From assembly GCA_029940375.1 (NCBI GenBank), contig JAPYUX010000001.1, positions 184,362 to 248,361 of the forward strand: a stretch of DNA of 64,000 nt. Reading direction: 5' to 3'. The notes below the pieces were generated by a model. That model saw nothing but the letters and a program-made list of their open reading frames with translations, was not told where the DNA came from and searched no databases. Below are positions 47,301 through 56,434 of the stretch, piece after piece. Each line of letters starts with the position of its first letter. Positions within the stretch are counted from its first letter, which is position 1. The DNA comes from Dehalococcoidia bacterium. Its GTDB lineage: Bacteria; Chloroflexota; Dehalococcoidia; Lucifugimonadales; Lucifugimonadaceae. The position numbers were made by a program, and so were the translations under genes.

Positions 47301-47888
47301 TTATTTCTTCATTATTTGTTCTACGTATTTTCTAATATATCTAGCATTTATGTCAGTTTCTATATTAACAATTTGATTCTTTGATAAATGTCCTAATGTG
47401 GTAATATCCATTGTATGAGGGATTAGTGATATTGCAAACTGATTGTTGTTTATACTAACTATAGTTATACTCGTTCCGTCTATTCCAATGTATCCTTTTT
47501 CAACAATATTATCGATAATATTGTTATCAGTTTCTAAAATGACCTCGTTACTATTTTTTAGTTTGTTTATTTTTTTACAAATAGCAGTACCTTCGATGTG
47601 TCCCTCTAATAAGTGTCCGCCAATTCTTTTATCAAATGAGGCTGCTCTTTCTAAATTTACTGTAGATTTTTCTTGTTCAGAACCAAAAAAAGTTTTACTT
47701 TTTGTTTCTTCTGTTAATTGAAAATGTAATGAATCATCTGTAATAGAAGTTATTGTCAGGCATATACCTGAAACAGAAATAGAATCACCTATATTAGAAC
47801 CTTCAATTACTTTTTTGCATTCTATTACTAGGTTGTTTTCTTTAATTTTTCTTATTTTGCCTATTTCTTCTACTATGCCTGTAAACAT
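47301..47888 (-). CDS. ribE: Riboflavin synthase alpha chain
   Basis: MFTGIVEEIG start and second repeat …GHIEGTA…; start set at ATG 47888, 1 nt after ribD stop, not ORF-track 47927. Confidence 0.85.
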   Translation of the reverse strand: MFTGIVEEIGKIRKIKENNLVIECKKVIEGSNIGDSISVSGICLTITSITDDSLHFQLTEETKSKTFFGSEQEKSTVNLERAASFDKRIGGHLLEGHIEGTAICKKINKLKNSNEVILETDNNIIDNIVEKGYIGIDGTSITIVSINNNQFAISLIPHTMDITTLGHLSKNQIVNIETDINARYIRKYVEQIMKK

Positions 47889-47889
47889 T

Positions 47890-48978
47890 TTATATATCAA
47901 TTTCTCCAGTAAATAAAAAATCTCCACTTATCTCTTCTATTGTAATATTTTTTAGTTTGGTATGGTTATTTATATTTGTAATTCCCAATCCTCCTATTGG
48001 ATTTGGTGCATTCTGTCCTCCAAAAATTTTTGGAGCAATAAATGTATAAAGCTTATTGATTAAATTATTGTCAAAAAAAGCACCAGCTAGTGTAGAACCT
48101 GATTCTACCAGAATACTATTACACCCCAACTTATAGAGATTGTCTACAACATGATTTAAGTCTATTGAGTTTTTACATTTGTAATGCTTGATGTGTGTGG
48201 GTAAATTGCTTACTTTTACTTTATGATCAGTAAACCATAAAACATCTCCAAACTCATTTTGATTGAAAATTCTGTAATTCTTATTAAGTTGACCTTTATG
48301 ATCTAGTACGACTCTATATTTAGGTCTGTTTAAATATTTATCACCTTCTCTTACAGTTAACATAGGATCATCTGATAAAACACTATTTATACCCGTTATA
48401 ATGGCATCAGAGTATTTTCGAATTTGGTGCACTCTTTTTCTGGATTCTTCATTTGTTATCCATTTGGATTCGTTGTTTGTTGTAGCAATTTTTCCATCAA
48501 TACTCATTGCAGTTTTTAATGATATATAAGGTTTTTTATGTATTATTTTATGCTCATAAGATTCATATAATTTTTTACATTCAGAAATTGAATTTTTATC
48601 CCATTTGTGATTGATTTTAATCCCTGCTTTAATTAATTCTTCAAATCCTTTACCATTAACTTTGGGGTTTTTATCTATAGTTGGACAAGAGACCTCTTTT
48701 ATACCAGATTCGATAATTAATTTAGTGCAAGGAATTCCTTTAGAAAAAAAATTGTGAGGTTCTAAAGTACAATACAAAACTGAGTTTTTAGTATTATTTT
48801 TAGCTTTTTTAATTGCTATTGTTTCAGCGTGTTCTTTTGGAGATGGCATGGTATGACCTTCCCCAACTATTTTACCTTTAGATACAACTATTGCACCAAC
48901 AGCAGGTCTTGGAGAAACTAAACCAATTGATTTTTTTGCTAACTCAATTGCTCGATTCTGAAATTTTATTTCATCCAT
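47890..48978 (-). CDS. ribD: Bifunctional riboflavin-biosynthesis deaminase/reductase
   Basis: CMP/dCMP deaminase Zn motif …HAE…CTLEP…C…; C-terminal reductase domain. Confidence 0.9.
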   Translation of the reverse strand: MDEIKFQNRAIELAKKSIGLVSPRPAVGAIVVSKGKIVGEGHTMPSPKEHAETIAIKKAKNNTKNSVLYCTLEPHNFFSKGIPCTKLIIESGIKEVSCPTIDKNPKVNGKGFEELIKAGIKINHKWDKNSISECKKLYESYEHKIIHKKPYISLKTAMSIDGKIATTNNESKWITNEESRKRVHQIRKYSDAIITGINSVLSDDPMLTVREGDKYLNRPKYRVVLDHKGQLNKNYRIFNQNEFGDVLWFTDHKVKVSNLPTHIKHYKCKNSIDLNHVVDNLYKLGCNSILVESGSTLAGAFFDNNLINKLYTFIAPKIFGGQNAPNPIGGLGITNINNHTKLKNITIEEISGDFLFTGEIDI

Positions 48979-49569
48979 TTAATCTTTTTTTGAAATATGT
49001 TTTTCAAAATCCTTAAAAACCTTACTTGCAGTTGGATCTATTTGTCCTTGATATCTACTGGATAACTCAGGAGAACCATATGGTTTTTCTACTTCGGAAG
49101 TCATTGTTTGAAAAGATATTTGCCCGATTCTCATGCCATAGTACAGAGTTATGGGAAGTCTTGATACATTTGCCAATTCCAAAGTTAAATTTCCATCAAA
49201 CCCAGGATCTACAAATCCTGCAGTAGAATGAATTAATAGACCTATTCTACCCAATGAACTTTTTCCTTCTATTCTAGCAACCATATTATTTGGAATTGAA
49301 ATTTTTTCTAAAGTGGATCCCAGCACAAAATCTCCAGGGTGAATTATAAAAGGATCATTTTCATCGATTATTACTTGTTCATTAATATTAGGAAGTTCTT
49401 TTTTTAGATCAATAAAAGGAGCACTGGAATTATTAAAAGTGAGCAACTTTTTATCGAGATGAAGATCTACGCTTGCTGGCTGAACGTCTTTTTCAAAATA
49501 AGGATTTATTCCAATTTTTCCAGCCTTAACAGCAGCTTTAATATCTTTATCTGACAAAACCATATTCAC
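48979..49569 (-). CDS. dcd: dCTP deaminase
   Basis: …LSDKDI…, …QPASVDLHL…, …GKSSLGRIGL…ST AGFVDPGF…LEL…. Confidence 0.9.
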   Translation of the reverse strand: MNMVLSDKDIKAAVKAGKIGINPYFEKDVQPASVDLHLDKKLLTFNNSSAPFIDLKKELPNINEQVIIDENDPFIIHPGDFVLGSTLEKISIPNNMVARIEGKSSLGRIGLLIHSTAGFVDPGFDGNLTLELANVSRLPITLYYGMRIGQISFQTMTSEVEKPYGSPELSSRYQGQIDPTASKVFKDFEKHISKKD

Positions 49570-49673
49570 CTCATATTTTTTATTTAGATTATGATGAAAT
49601 TATATTTCAAATTATTTAAAAGAGTATAACCTATTAAATGGAAAATGCTTTATATATGAAATTAAACTAAAAA

Positions 49674-50198
49674 ATGGTCATATTAAATCAATTTACTAAA
49701 ACATTAATTCTTTCCATACTTTTTGTTGTATTTATATCGTTCATATTTTCTTCTTTTGAAGTTAAAGGACGTTCAATGGAGCCAACTCTAATCAGTGGAG
49801 ATAGGGTTTTGGTCCTAAATTTGAACTACATTAACATCCCATTTACAAATAAGAAATTAATTATTCAAATGCCAAAAAAAAATTCATTGCTAGTTTTTCA
49901 TAGTGATGAAACAGACGTAGATTTAGTAAAAAGAGTAATTGGACTTCCAAACGACGAAATAGACATCAGGAATAACACCGTTTATGTAAATGGTGCTATT
50001 CAATCTAGAGGTATCTCTTTAACAACACCTAAAAATAACTTTCCTATCATCATTGATGAAAATTGTATTTTTGTGTTGGGTGATAATAGAAATTATTCTA
50101 ACGATTCAAGATATTTTGGTTGTGTCCCTTTGAATAAATTTAAAGGTGAAATAGCTTTAAGAATTTGGCCTATAGATAAATTTAAATTATTTCAATAA
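49674..50198 (+). CDS. lepB: Signal peptidase I
   Basis: Catalytic Ser block GRSMEPTL, …LVKRVIGLPND…, …GDNRNYSNDSRYFG…. Confidence 0.85.
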   Translation: MVILNQFTKTLILSILFVVFISFIFSSFEVKGRSMEPTLISGDRVLVLNLNYINIPFTNKKLIIQMPKKNSLLVFHSDETDVDLVKRVIGLPNDEIDIRNNTVYVNGAIQSRGISLTTPKNNFPIIIDENCIFVLGDNRNYSNDSRYFGCVPLNKFKGEIALRIWPIDKFKLFQ

Positions 50199-50202
50199 CT
50201 AT

Positions 50203-50529
50203 TTAACTTTTTACTTCTTCCCAAAATTCTACCCATGTTTTAGGTCCATTTGAATCATCTAATAGTTCATTGAATTTTTTATAAGTTTCACCCATTGTAG
50301 GAAAGTTATTATCTGCTCTATAAGGGGAATCAATAATTTCAGTAGACCAATGCATATAAACTCTATTTAATTCATCCTTTGGACATGGTAGAGTTCCACC
50401 ATTATAGTAAACTAAACATTTTGATCTTTGTCCTGATTCTGTGTATATATCTGCTATTTCTCTAAGTAGTAATGCAGCATTTCTTGCCTGACCTGATTTT
50501 GCTTTGTAAATCCTTCGAATAGTGTACAT
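50203..50529 (-). CDS. Hypothetical protein (108 aa)
   Basis: Uninterrupted ORF downstream of the Prim-Pol-like gene; no motif recognised. Confidence 0.5.
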   Translation of the reverse strand: MYTIRRIYKAKSGQARNAALLLREIADIYTESGQRSKCLVYYNGGTLPCPKDELNRVYMHWSTEIIDSPYRADNNFPTMGETYKKFNELLDDSNGPKTWVEFWEEVKS

Positions 50530-50566
50530 TGTTCTCCCTTTGAAATTTTATTTATTAATAATTATT

Positions 50567-51181
50567 TTATGATATATGATCGGAAAAAAAACTAATTTCA
50601 GTAGGAAATTTTGTTGGTTCCTTACCATTGATAATTTCAAATTGAGCGATATTATTGTTGTTTAGTTTTGTTGCAGAAGGAGGAGCAACAATATATCCAT
50701 TTGATAGTAAATTTATTCCATTTAATTCTGTTTTATCTTGAAACATTTTCCAATGGAAATTGGGTATATTTTTTGAAAATTTAAACCACATTTGAATTTT
50801 ATTTTCTGGAGTCAATATTGATGTTTCTGATTCAAATCCAGTCTCCAATAAATTTATTAAAATCACATCAGAAATATTTGGTTTTGGCTTATCTTCTATA
50901 AATGTTATTAATTGAGAGATTCTACTTTCACTTTCAAATTCAATCACACTTAAATTCCCTTTTTCTCCAAGAAGAAGTCCGCAATTATCTAATTTTTTTG
51001 ATCCAAAATATTCATAGATTTCCTCTTCGGAAATCGTTATTCCTGATAGAGCATTTTTGTATAGACTAAATCCTGCTCCATCTGAATATAACTCTTGACT
51101 AAATGGTTTTATCGGGAATGGTAATAATCCAAAGTTCTTATATTGAAATAAAGTTTGGATCATTTCTAATTCATTTTGCAT
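50567..51181 (-). CDS. Stand-alone Prim-Pol (bifunctional DNA primase/polymerase N-terminal domain)-like protein with substituted catalytic motifs
   Basis: Collinear with the Prim-Pol pattern: FGLLPFPIKP, NCGLLLGEKGNLSVIEFE (DxD position reads ExE), TPENKIQMWFKF (GGxH position lacks His), NGYIVAPPS. Confidence 0.45.
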   Translation of the reverse strand: MQNELEMIQTLFQYKNFGLLPFPIKPFSQELYSDGAGFSLYKNALSGITISEEEIYEYFGSKKLDNCGLLLGEKGNLSVIEFESESRISQLITFIEDKPKPNISDVILINLLETGFESETSILTPENKIQMWFKFSKNIPNFHWKMFQDKTELNGINLLSNGYIVAPPSATKLNNNNIAQFEIINGKEPTKFPTEISFFSDHIS

Positions 51182-51210
51182 TAGAATTACGTTATTAAAG
51201 TTTTTTATAT

Positions 51211-51840
51211 TTATTTTGATTTAAAAGCTGAAATTGATATAGTTTCTTTTTCTCTAACTTCTTGACTCTTTATGACAGTTTCTTCGGCTATATCTAAAGG
51301 AACTCTAGTTATTCCATCTGTATCTCCTATAAGTAAATCCCCTGAATTAATTTTCAAACCAGCAACTTCAATTTGAGTTTGAGTTTCGATTAGATTGAAG
51401 GGACCATGTCCAGGAACTTTACCAGTTCCCCAAACTGGCATGTCAGCATTTATTATGCCAGGCAAATCTCTTATTGAACCAGCTCCAATCATTCCCACTG
51501 CACCCAGTGATCTAGCCATATGTGCCATAACATCACCTATAATGGCTCCTCTTCCTTGGTTTTTTTCAACGTCCATCAAAACACCAAAAACAGGTAGTTC
51601 TGATTTCCCTATGTTGTCGTAAAATTCCATAAATTCAATTTTTGATTTTGGTTCATATAGAGGGCATACTTTTCCTGTTACGGCAATACCAACAACAGGA
51701 TCTTTCAAATAATAAGATTTCAATTGTGGCCCTGAATAATCTGTGCTCTCGTCTGCATATCCTCTTATTAGTATCATCGCATTTTGTACTGTGGCTGAAT
51801 CATACTTTTTTAAATCATTTATTATTTTTAATAAATCCAT
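51211..51840 (-). CDS. RraA-like / HMG-CHA aldolase family protein (second paralog)
   Basis: …GAIIGDVMAHMARSLGAVGMIGAGSIRD…, …SGDLLIGDTDGITRVP…. Confidence 0.8.
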   Translation of the reverse strand: MDLLKIINDLKKYDSATVQNAMILIRGYADESTDYSGPQLKSYYLKDPVVGIAVTGKVCPLYEPKSKIEFMEFYDNIGKSELPVFGVLMDVEKNQGRGAIIGDVMAHMARSLGAVGMIGAGSIRDLPGIINADMPVWGTGKVPGHGPFNLIETQTQIEVAGLKINSGDLLIGDTDGITRVPLDIAEETVIKSQEVREKETISISAFKSK

Positions 51841-51876
51841 TTTAAATTCCTTTTCTAATTGTTTTCTAAAATAAAA

Positions 51877-52626
51877 TCATCGGGTAATAATACTTCCCTT
51901 TAAATAACTTGCATCATCACTAATTATAAAAGCTACAATTTTTGCAACTCCATCTGGTTCACCTAATTCTTCTGAACTTTTTTCAAAATGTTCTTGGTCC
52001 CCAGTATTTTGCAAGGCTTCTTTTAGTTGTTTTTCTTTTAATGGAGATCTAATAGATCCTGGCAATATATCATGTATTCGTATTCCATGGTTTGATAAGT
52101 AATTTTGTAAATGAAACGTTAGTCCATGCGTTCCACCTTTACTTGCACTATAAGCTGGAGAAGAACCTGGTGAATGCACACCAGCACCTGATGAAGTTAA
52201 GAGTATAACCCCACTTTTTCTTTTCTTCATTAATTTTGCAACAGCTCTAACAACGTTGTATGTCCCGTTAAGATTTAAATTGATTATTCGGTCCCAAGTT
52301 TCTGGAGCCAATTCGTCTATATCAACCATTGAGCCTTCCAGTGCTCCAGCAAAATGGACAAGAGTATTTATTCCGCCATCAAAGTAATTTTCAGCTTCAA
52401 AAATTTTCTTCTCAGTTTCATCTATCGAAGTTACGTCCATTAAAACTGATCTAAAATTTGAACCTAAAGCTTTTAATTTTGCAGATACTTCTTTTAGTCC
52501 TTCAGAGTTTATGTCGGCTAAAATTACATTTGCACCATGTTTTGACACTTCTAATGCTGACGCTCTGCCCATTCCTGTTGCTGCGCCTGTTATAAGTATA
52601 TTTTTATTTTTTAAATCTAACTTCAT
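51877..52626 (-). CDS. Short-chain dehydrogenase/reductase
   Basis: TGAATGMG, …SS…YSASK…. Confidence 0.85.
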   Translation of the reverse strand: MKLDLKNKNILITGAATGMGRASALEVSKHGANVILADINSEGLKEVSAKLKALGSNFRSVLMDVTSIDETEKKIFEAENYFDGGINTLVHFAGALEGSMVDIDELAPETWDRIINLNLNGTYNVVRAVAKLMKKRKSGVILLTSSGAGVHSPGSSPAYSASKGGTHGLTFHLQNYLSNHGIRIHDILPGSIRSPLKEKQLKEALQNTGDQEHFEKSSEELGEPDGVAKIVAFIISDDASYLKGSIITR

Positions 52627-52631
52627 TCTTA

Positions 52632-53537
52632 TTAATATTTATCCCAAGTTATACCAGCTTTTTCTGAATATTTTAATGTCTCAGCATAAGAAGGTTCAAA
52701 TTTTTCTCGTGGGATATGTTCAATCAAAATATGGGCATTAGAGCATATTTCTTGCATCCTCTTAAGAAAATAAACTTGATCCATCATGCCGCTTCCTAAA
52801 TATTCTTCTTCAAATCTTAATAAAAGTGAGTCTACCACTGTGAAATCTTTCAGATCCGCACTAATAGTGTGTTCTCCAAGCAAAGTAAAAAATTCTTCTA
52901 GGAAATCTTTTGTATTATATGCTTGTTCTAAAGTTGAAATAAAGTTAACCGGGTCTTGATTGAATTTAAGATTTTTAGATCCAACTGCATCTATAAATTC
53001 TTTTGCTCTTTTTGCAGAAAATATAGGAGATACATATGCACCTTCAAGCAAAAGCATCATCCCTTCAGATTCGGCAACAGATGCAATATCTTTAGTTGAA
53101 TTAATCAATCTTTCAAAGACTTCATCAGAATGATTTTCTGGATGCGGTTGCCATGGTCCATTTGGATTTATACTGCCCGGTCTTAGATATGTACTATGGC
53201 ATCCAATCTTTGCAGATATTACGCAAGTGTTTTTTACAAAAGTTATTGTCTCTTTTCTAATATTTTCATTTGGATTTACAAGACCGCCTCCATATCTCCC
53301 TCGAGAATTACCGATAAGTAAGGAATTTTTATGAAATTTTTCTTTGATTTCTTTTATGTTTTCTTCAGTAACAATAGTTGGGTCAGAAACAACTATATTA
53401 TGTACTGTAAAACCGATTGAAGATACTTCTTTTAGATCTTCATTTGAATAAGCTAAAACATCATAATTTCCAGGGATACGGTTCTTCGATGCGTTAGCTC
53501 CTGTTGCTCCCAGCATTGAGGCTGCGCCTAAATGCAT
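52632..53537 (-). CDS. Xylose-isomerase-like TIM-barrel protein (sugar phosphate isomerase/epimerase family)
   Basis: Family-typical length and …LLLEG…, …ILIEHIP… blocks; start set at ATG 53537 (GAGGG 7 nt upstream), not ORF-track 53588. Confidence 0.7.
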   Translation of the reverse strand: MHLGAASMLGATGANASKNRIPGNYDVLAYSNEDLKEVSSIGFTVHNIVVSDPTIVTEENIKEIKEKFHKNSLLIGNSRGRYGGGLVNPNENIRKETITFVKNTCVISAKIGCHSTYLRPGSINPNGPWQPHPENHSDEVFERLINSTKDIASVAESEGMMLLLEGAYVSPIFSAKRAKEFIDAVGSKNLKFNQDPVNFISTLEQAYNTKDFLEEFFTLLGEHTISADLKDFTVVDSLLLRFEEEYLGSGMMDQVYFLKRMQEICSNAHILIEHIPREKFEPSYAETLKYSEKAGITWDKY

Positions 53538-53640
53538 ATTTCGTCCCTCTCTACTTGATAGATCTAAGTATAGCAGAAGGATTATCACATTTTTTCATTA
53601 TTCGATATAAGCATCGAATCTGTGATCAAACTTTAATCTT

Positions 53641-54102
53641 CTATATCCATCTTCTAGTTATATTTTTATAATCTTTATACCCTCCAATAGAAAATAAATT
53701 TTTTTCTTCAAATATTACAATCAATTTGTGAATCAATATGATTCCAATTATAGAACCAACGAGAATTCCTAATGAAAACAGAATTATTGAAACTCCGAGT
53801 GTTGATACAAAGAATGAAAGATACATAGGATTTCTGGTGAATCTAAAAATTCCTGTAGTTATAATATTTTTTGTGGAGATGAAAGGGGCCGGAGATTCTT
53901 GATTTACATAAAATTCCTTCAACGCTAAAATCATAATTAGAACACCAAGAATAAAAATAATTGTTCCAAGGTAAATGAAGAAAATATTCTTTGCTTCAAC
54001 CCTGCTGAAATTCATCTCTATTATCAATCCCAGAATAACAGGAACAAAAAATATTAATGGTGGAATTTTTAGTTTATTTAATATAGTAAATTTGGTATTC
54101 AT
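53641..54102 (-). CDS. Isoprenylcysteine carboxyl / phospholipid methyltransferase-family membrane protein
   Basis: …TTGIFRFTRNPMYLSFF… (ICMT/PEMT RxPxY core), 4 TM. Confidence 0.7.
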   Translation of the reverse strand: MNTKFTILNKLKIPPLIFFVPVILGLIIEMNFSRVEAKNIFFIYLGTIIFILGVLIMILALKEFYVNQESPAPFISTKNIITTGIFRFTRNPMYLSFFVSTLGVSIILFSLGILVGSIIGIILIHKLIVIFEEKNLFSIGGYKDYKNITRRWI

Positions 54103-54194
54103 TTATTTATAAAAACATGAGATTAATTGTTTTTTTTCAATTCCTCTCTTAAAACTATTGATTAACATATTACTTTTTTTATGATATTTATAAT

Positions 54195-54461
54195 ATGAAA
54201 AAAGTCGTGACTATTTTAATTTTAATATTTATACTTTCTTGTAGTTCTGATTCACAAAATCTAGAAACAGAGAATATAGATTTAAAGAATAAACTAGATA
54301 CTATAGAAAGACAGAATCTAGAATTTAATGAAAAACTTAATAACCTTCTAAGACAGAATCAAGATTTACAGGAAAAACTAAAAACCCTAACAAAATTTAA
54401 CGACCTTATAGAAACAGAGAATCTAGAATTAGCTGAAAAACTAAAAGCTCTAAGAAAATAG
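54195..54461 (+). CDS. Small coiled-coil lipoprotein (paralog 1)
   Basis: Signal peptide MKKVVTILILIFILSC (lipobox LSC); heptad-like Leu/Asn/Glu-rich mature part. Confidence 0.6.
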   Translation: MKKVVTILILIFILSCSSDSQNLETENIDLKNKLDTIERQNLEFNEKLNNLLRQNQDLQEKLKTLTKFNDLIETENLELAEKLKALRK

Positions 54462-54504
54462 TTAATTTCTATTTCTTTGCTCAACTGTATGAAATATTTA
54501 TAAT

Positions 54505-54753
54505 ATGAAAAAAGTCGTAACCATTTTAATTTTAATATTTATACTTTCTTGTAGTTCGGGTTCAGAAAATCTAGAAACAGAGAATATATATTTAAAGCAA
54601 TTATTAGACAGCCTAGAAGCTGAATATTTATCCCTAGAAGCTGAATATTTAACCCTAGAAACTGAATATCGTTTACTTGAAATGAGCATTAATAACTTAA
54701 GAAAACAATATGAAAGTTCTGATATTGAAAACAGTATCAAGAGTAAAAAATGA
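54505..54753 (+). CDS. Small coiled-coil lipoprotein (paralog 2) with 7-aa tandem repeats
   Basis: First ~105 nt including 11 nt upstream are ~93% identical to paralog 1; LEAEYLS-LEAEYLT-LETEYRL repeats. Confidence 0.6.
   Translation: MKKVVTILILIFILSCSSGSENLETENIYLKQLLDSLEAEYLSLEAEYLTLETEYRLLEMSINNLRKQYESSDIENSIKSKK
54613..54675 (+). repeat. In-frame 21-bp tandem repeat x3 (CTAGAAGCTGAATATTTATCC-like)
   Basis: Read directly from 54613-54633, 54634-54654 and 54655-54675. Confidence 0.85.
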
Positions 54754-56225
54754 AAGACAAAATTGAAAACTTTGATGTTATTATTGTTGGTGCTGGTATA
54801 GCTGGAATTGCAACGGCATACTATTTAAAAAAAGAAAGACCTAAATCTAGTTATTTAATACTCGAGAGTTTAGATAGTTATGGAGGGACTTGGTACACCC
54901 ATAAATACCCTGGAATAAGATCTGATAGCGACCTGTATACCTTTGGATTTGAATTTAAACCTTGGACAAGTGCACCCATAGCAACTGCAGATGAAATATT
55001 AAAATACCTTGGCGAAACCATCAAAGAAAATCAAATTGATGAAGACATTAGATATAATCATAAAATTATTGAAGCTGAGTGGTCCAGCAAAAAAAAATCT
55101 TGGATCTTAAAAGCAGAAAGGTCGGATAATAAAAAAACTATATATTTCTCTTGTAATTTTTTAATGATGTGTCAAGGATATTTTCGTCATAATGAAGGTT
55201 ATACTCCTAAATGGAAAGATATGGATAAATTTAAGGGACAAATAGTTCATACTGAAGAATGGCCTGAAAATTTGGACTATAAAAATAAAAGTATTATTCT
55301 TATAGGATCTGGTGCAACAGCAGCAACAACAGTTCCAGCAATGGCCTCAAAGGCTAATCATGTAACTATGTTACAAAGATCTCCTACCTTTTATAGGACT
55401 TCAACAATCGGAACAGAAGAATTTGTAGAACGTTTAAATAAGTTCAGTGATGATGAAAAATGGACATATGGAATAGTTAGACAACAAATTTTAATTAACC
55501 AAGAAATATTTATACGTAGATGTATTGAAGAACCTGATGTGGTTAAAGAAGAATTAATAAATGAAGTGAAGAAAATATTGGGACCCGATTATGATATAGA
55601 AAAGCATTTCACTCCAAGCTACAGACCTTGGCAACAAAGAATTACATTAACATCAAATGGAGATTTATTTAAATCAATAGCATCCGGGAAAGTCTCTGTT
55701 TTTACAGACGAAATAGATAAATTTACATCAAATGGAATATTACTAAAATCTGGATCTGAAATAACAGGAGATATTATTGCTACCGCGACTGGATTCAATA
55801 TGAATATATTAGGAGACATTCAATTTATTATAGATAATGAAAATCTCCATCTTGAAGATACCGTAACATATAGAGGAATGATGTTTACAACTGTCCCAAA
55901 TCTTTTATGGGTCTTTGGTTATTTTAGAGGTGCATGGACTTTGAGAGCTGAACTACTAGCAAGATTTTTATCGAGATTACTAAGTCACATGGATAATTTG
56001 GATGTAAAAAAGGTTACAGTAGCTTTACGAGAAGAAGATAAGAAAATGAAATTATTACCTTGGATTGCTGATGAAGAATTCAATCCAGGATATTTATCTA
56101 GAGTAATGACAAAAATGCCCAAAAGTGGCGACAAGCCTGAATGGGTACACAACCAAAATTATTGGTATGAAAAAGAAACAATTCCAGCAATCAATCTAGA
56201 TGGGGAAGAATTTCTATATGAATAA
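54750..56225 (+). CDS. Flavin-containing / Baeyer-Villiger-type monooxygenase
   Basis: FAD GxGxxG VGAGIAGI, BVMO fingerprint FKGQIVHTEEWP (FxGxxxHxxxWP), second dinucleotide motif GSGATA; ATGA overlap with the lipoprotein gene. Confidence 0.85.
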   Translation: MKDKIENFDVIIVGAGIAGIATAYYLKKERPKSSYLILESLDSYGGTWYTHKYPGIRSDSDLYTFGFEFKPWTSAPIATADEILKYLGETIKENQIDEDIRYNHKIIEAEWSSKKKSWILKAERSDNKKTIYFSCNFLMMCQGYFRHNEGYTPKWKDMDKFKGQIVHTEEWPENLDYKNKSIILIGSGATAATTVPAMASKANHVTMLQRSPTFYRTSTIGTEEFVERLNKFSDDEKWTYGIVRQQILINQEIFIRRCIEEPDVVKEELINEVKKILGPDYDIEKHFTPSYRPWQQRITLTSNGDLFKSIASGKVSVFTDEIDKFTSNGILLKSGSEITGDIIATATGFNMNILGDIQFIIDNENLHLEDTVTYRGMMFTTVPNLLWVFGYFRGAWTLRAELLARFLSRLLSHMDNLDVKKVTVALREEDKKMKLLPWIADEEFNPGYLSRVMTKMPKSGDKPEWVHNQNYWYEKETIPAINLDGEEFLYE

Positions 56226-56264
56226 AATTTTTTGAAAAAAATAATTTATTTTAGAATTAGAAAT

Positions 56265-56378
56265 CTAAAATAATTTACATATAGCCAAGCCAAGTATTGC
56301 ACCCAAAATTATAGCTCCAACGTATGATGCGATATCATTCGTGTTTATTTTATTAAGCCAATTCAATTTATTATCCAT
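56265..56378 (-). CDS. Candidate 37-aa single-TM peptide (below ORF-track cut-off)
   Basis: My translation: MDNKLNWLNKINTNDIASYVGAIILGAILGLAICKLF; no clear Shine-Dalgarno. Confidence 0.25.
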   Translation of the reverse strand: MDNKLNWLNKINTNDIASYVGAIILGAILGLAICKLF

Positions 56379-56434
56379 ACTTATATTCTATAGTATAATT
56401 TTCTTTACTAGGATATTTTGGCCACCTATCTGAT

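Noticed and set aside
49570-49673. FMN (RFN) riboswitch upstream of the dcd-rib operon
   Set aside because: The stretch is about 100 nt, almost pure A/T, and lacks any of the conserved G+C-rich RFN helices by eye. The absence is reported as a finding that needs cmsearch confirmation.
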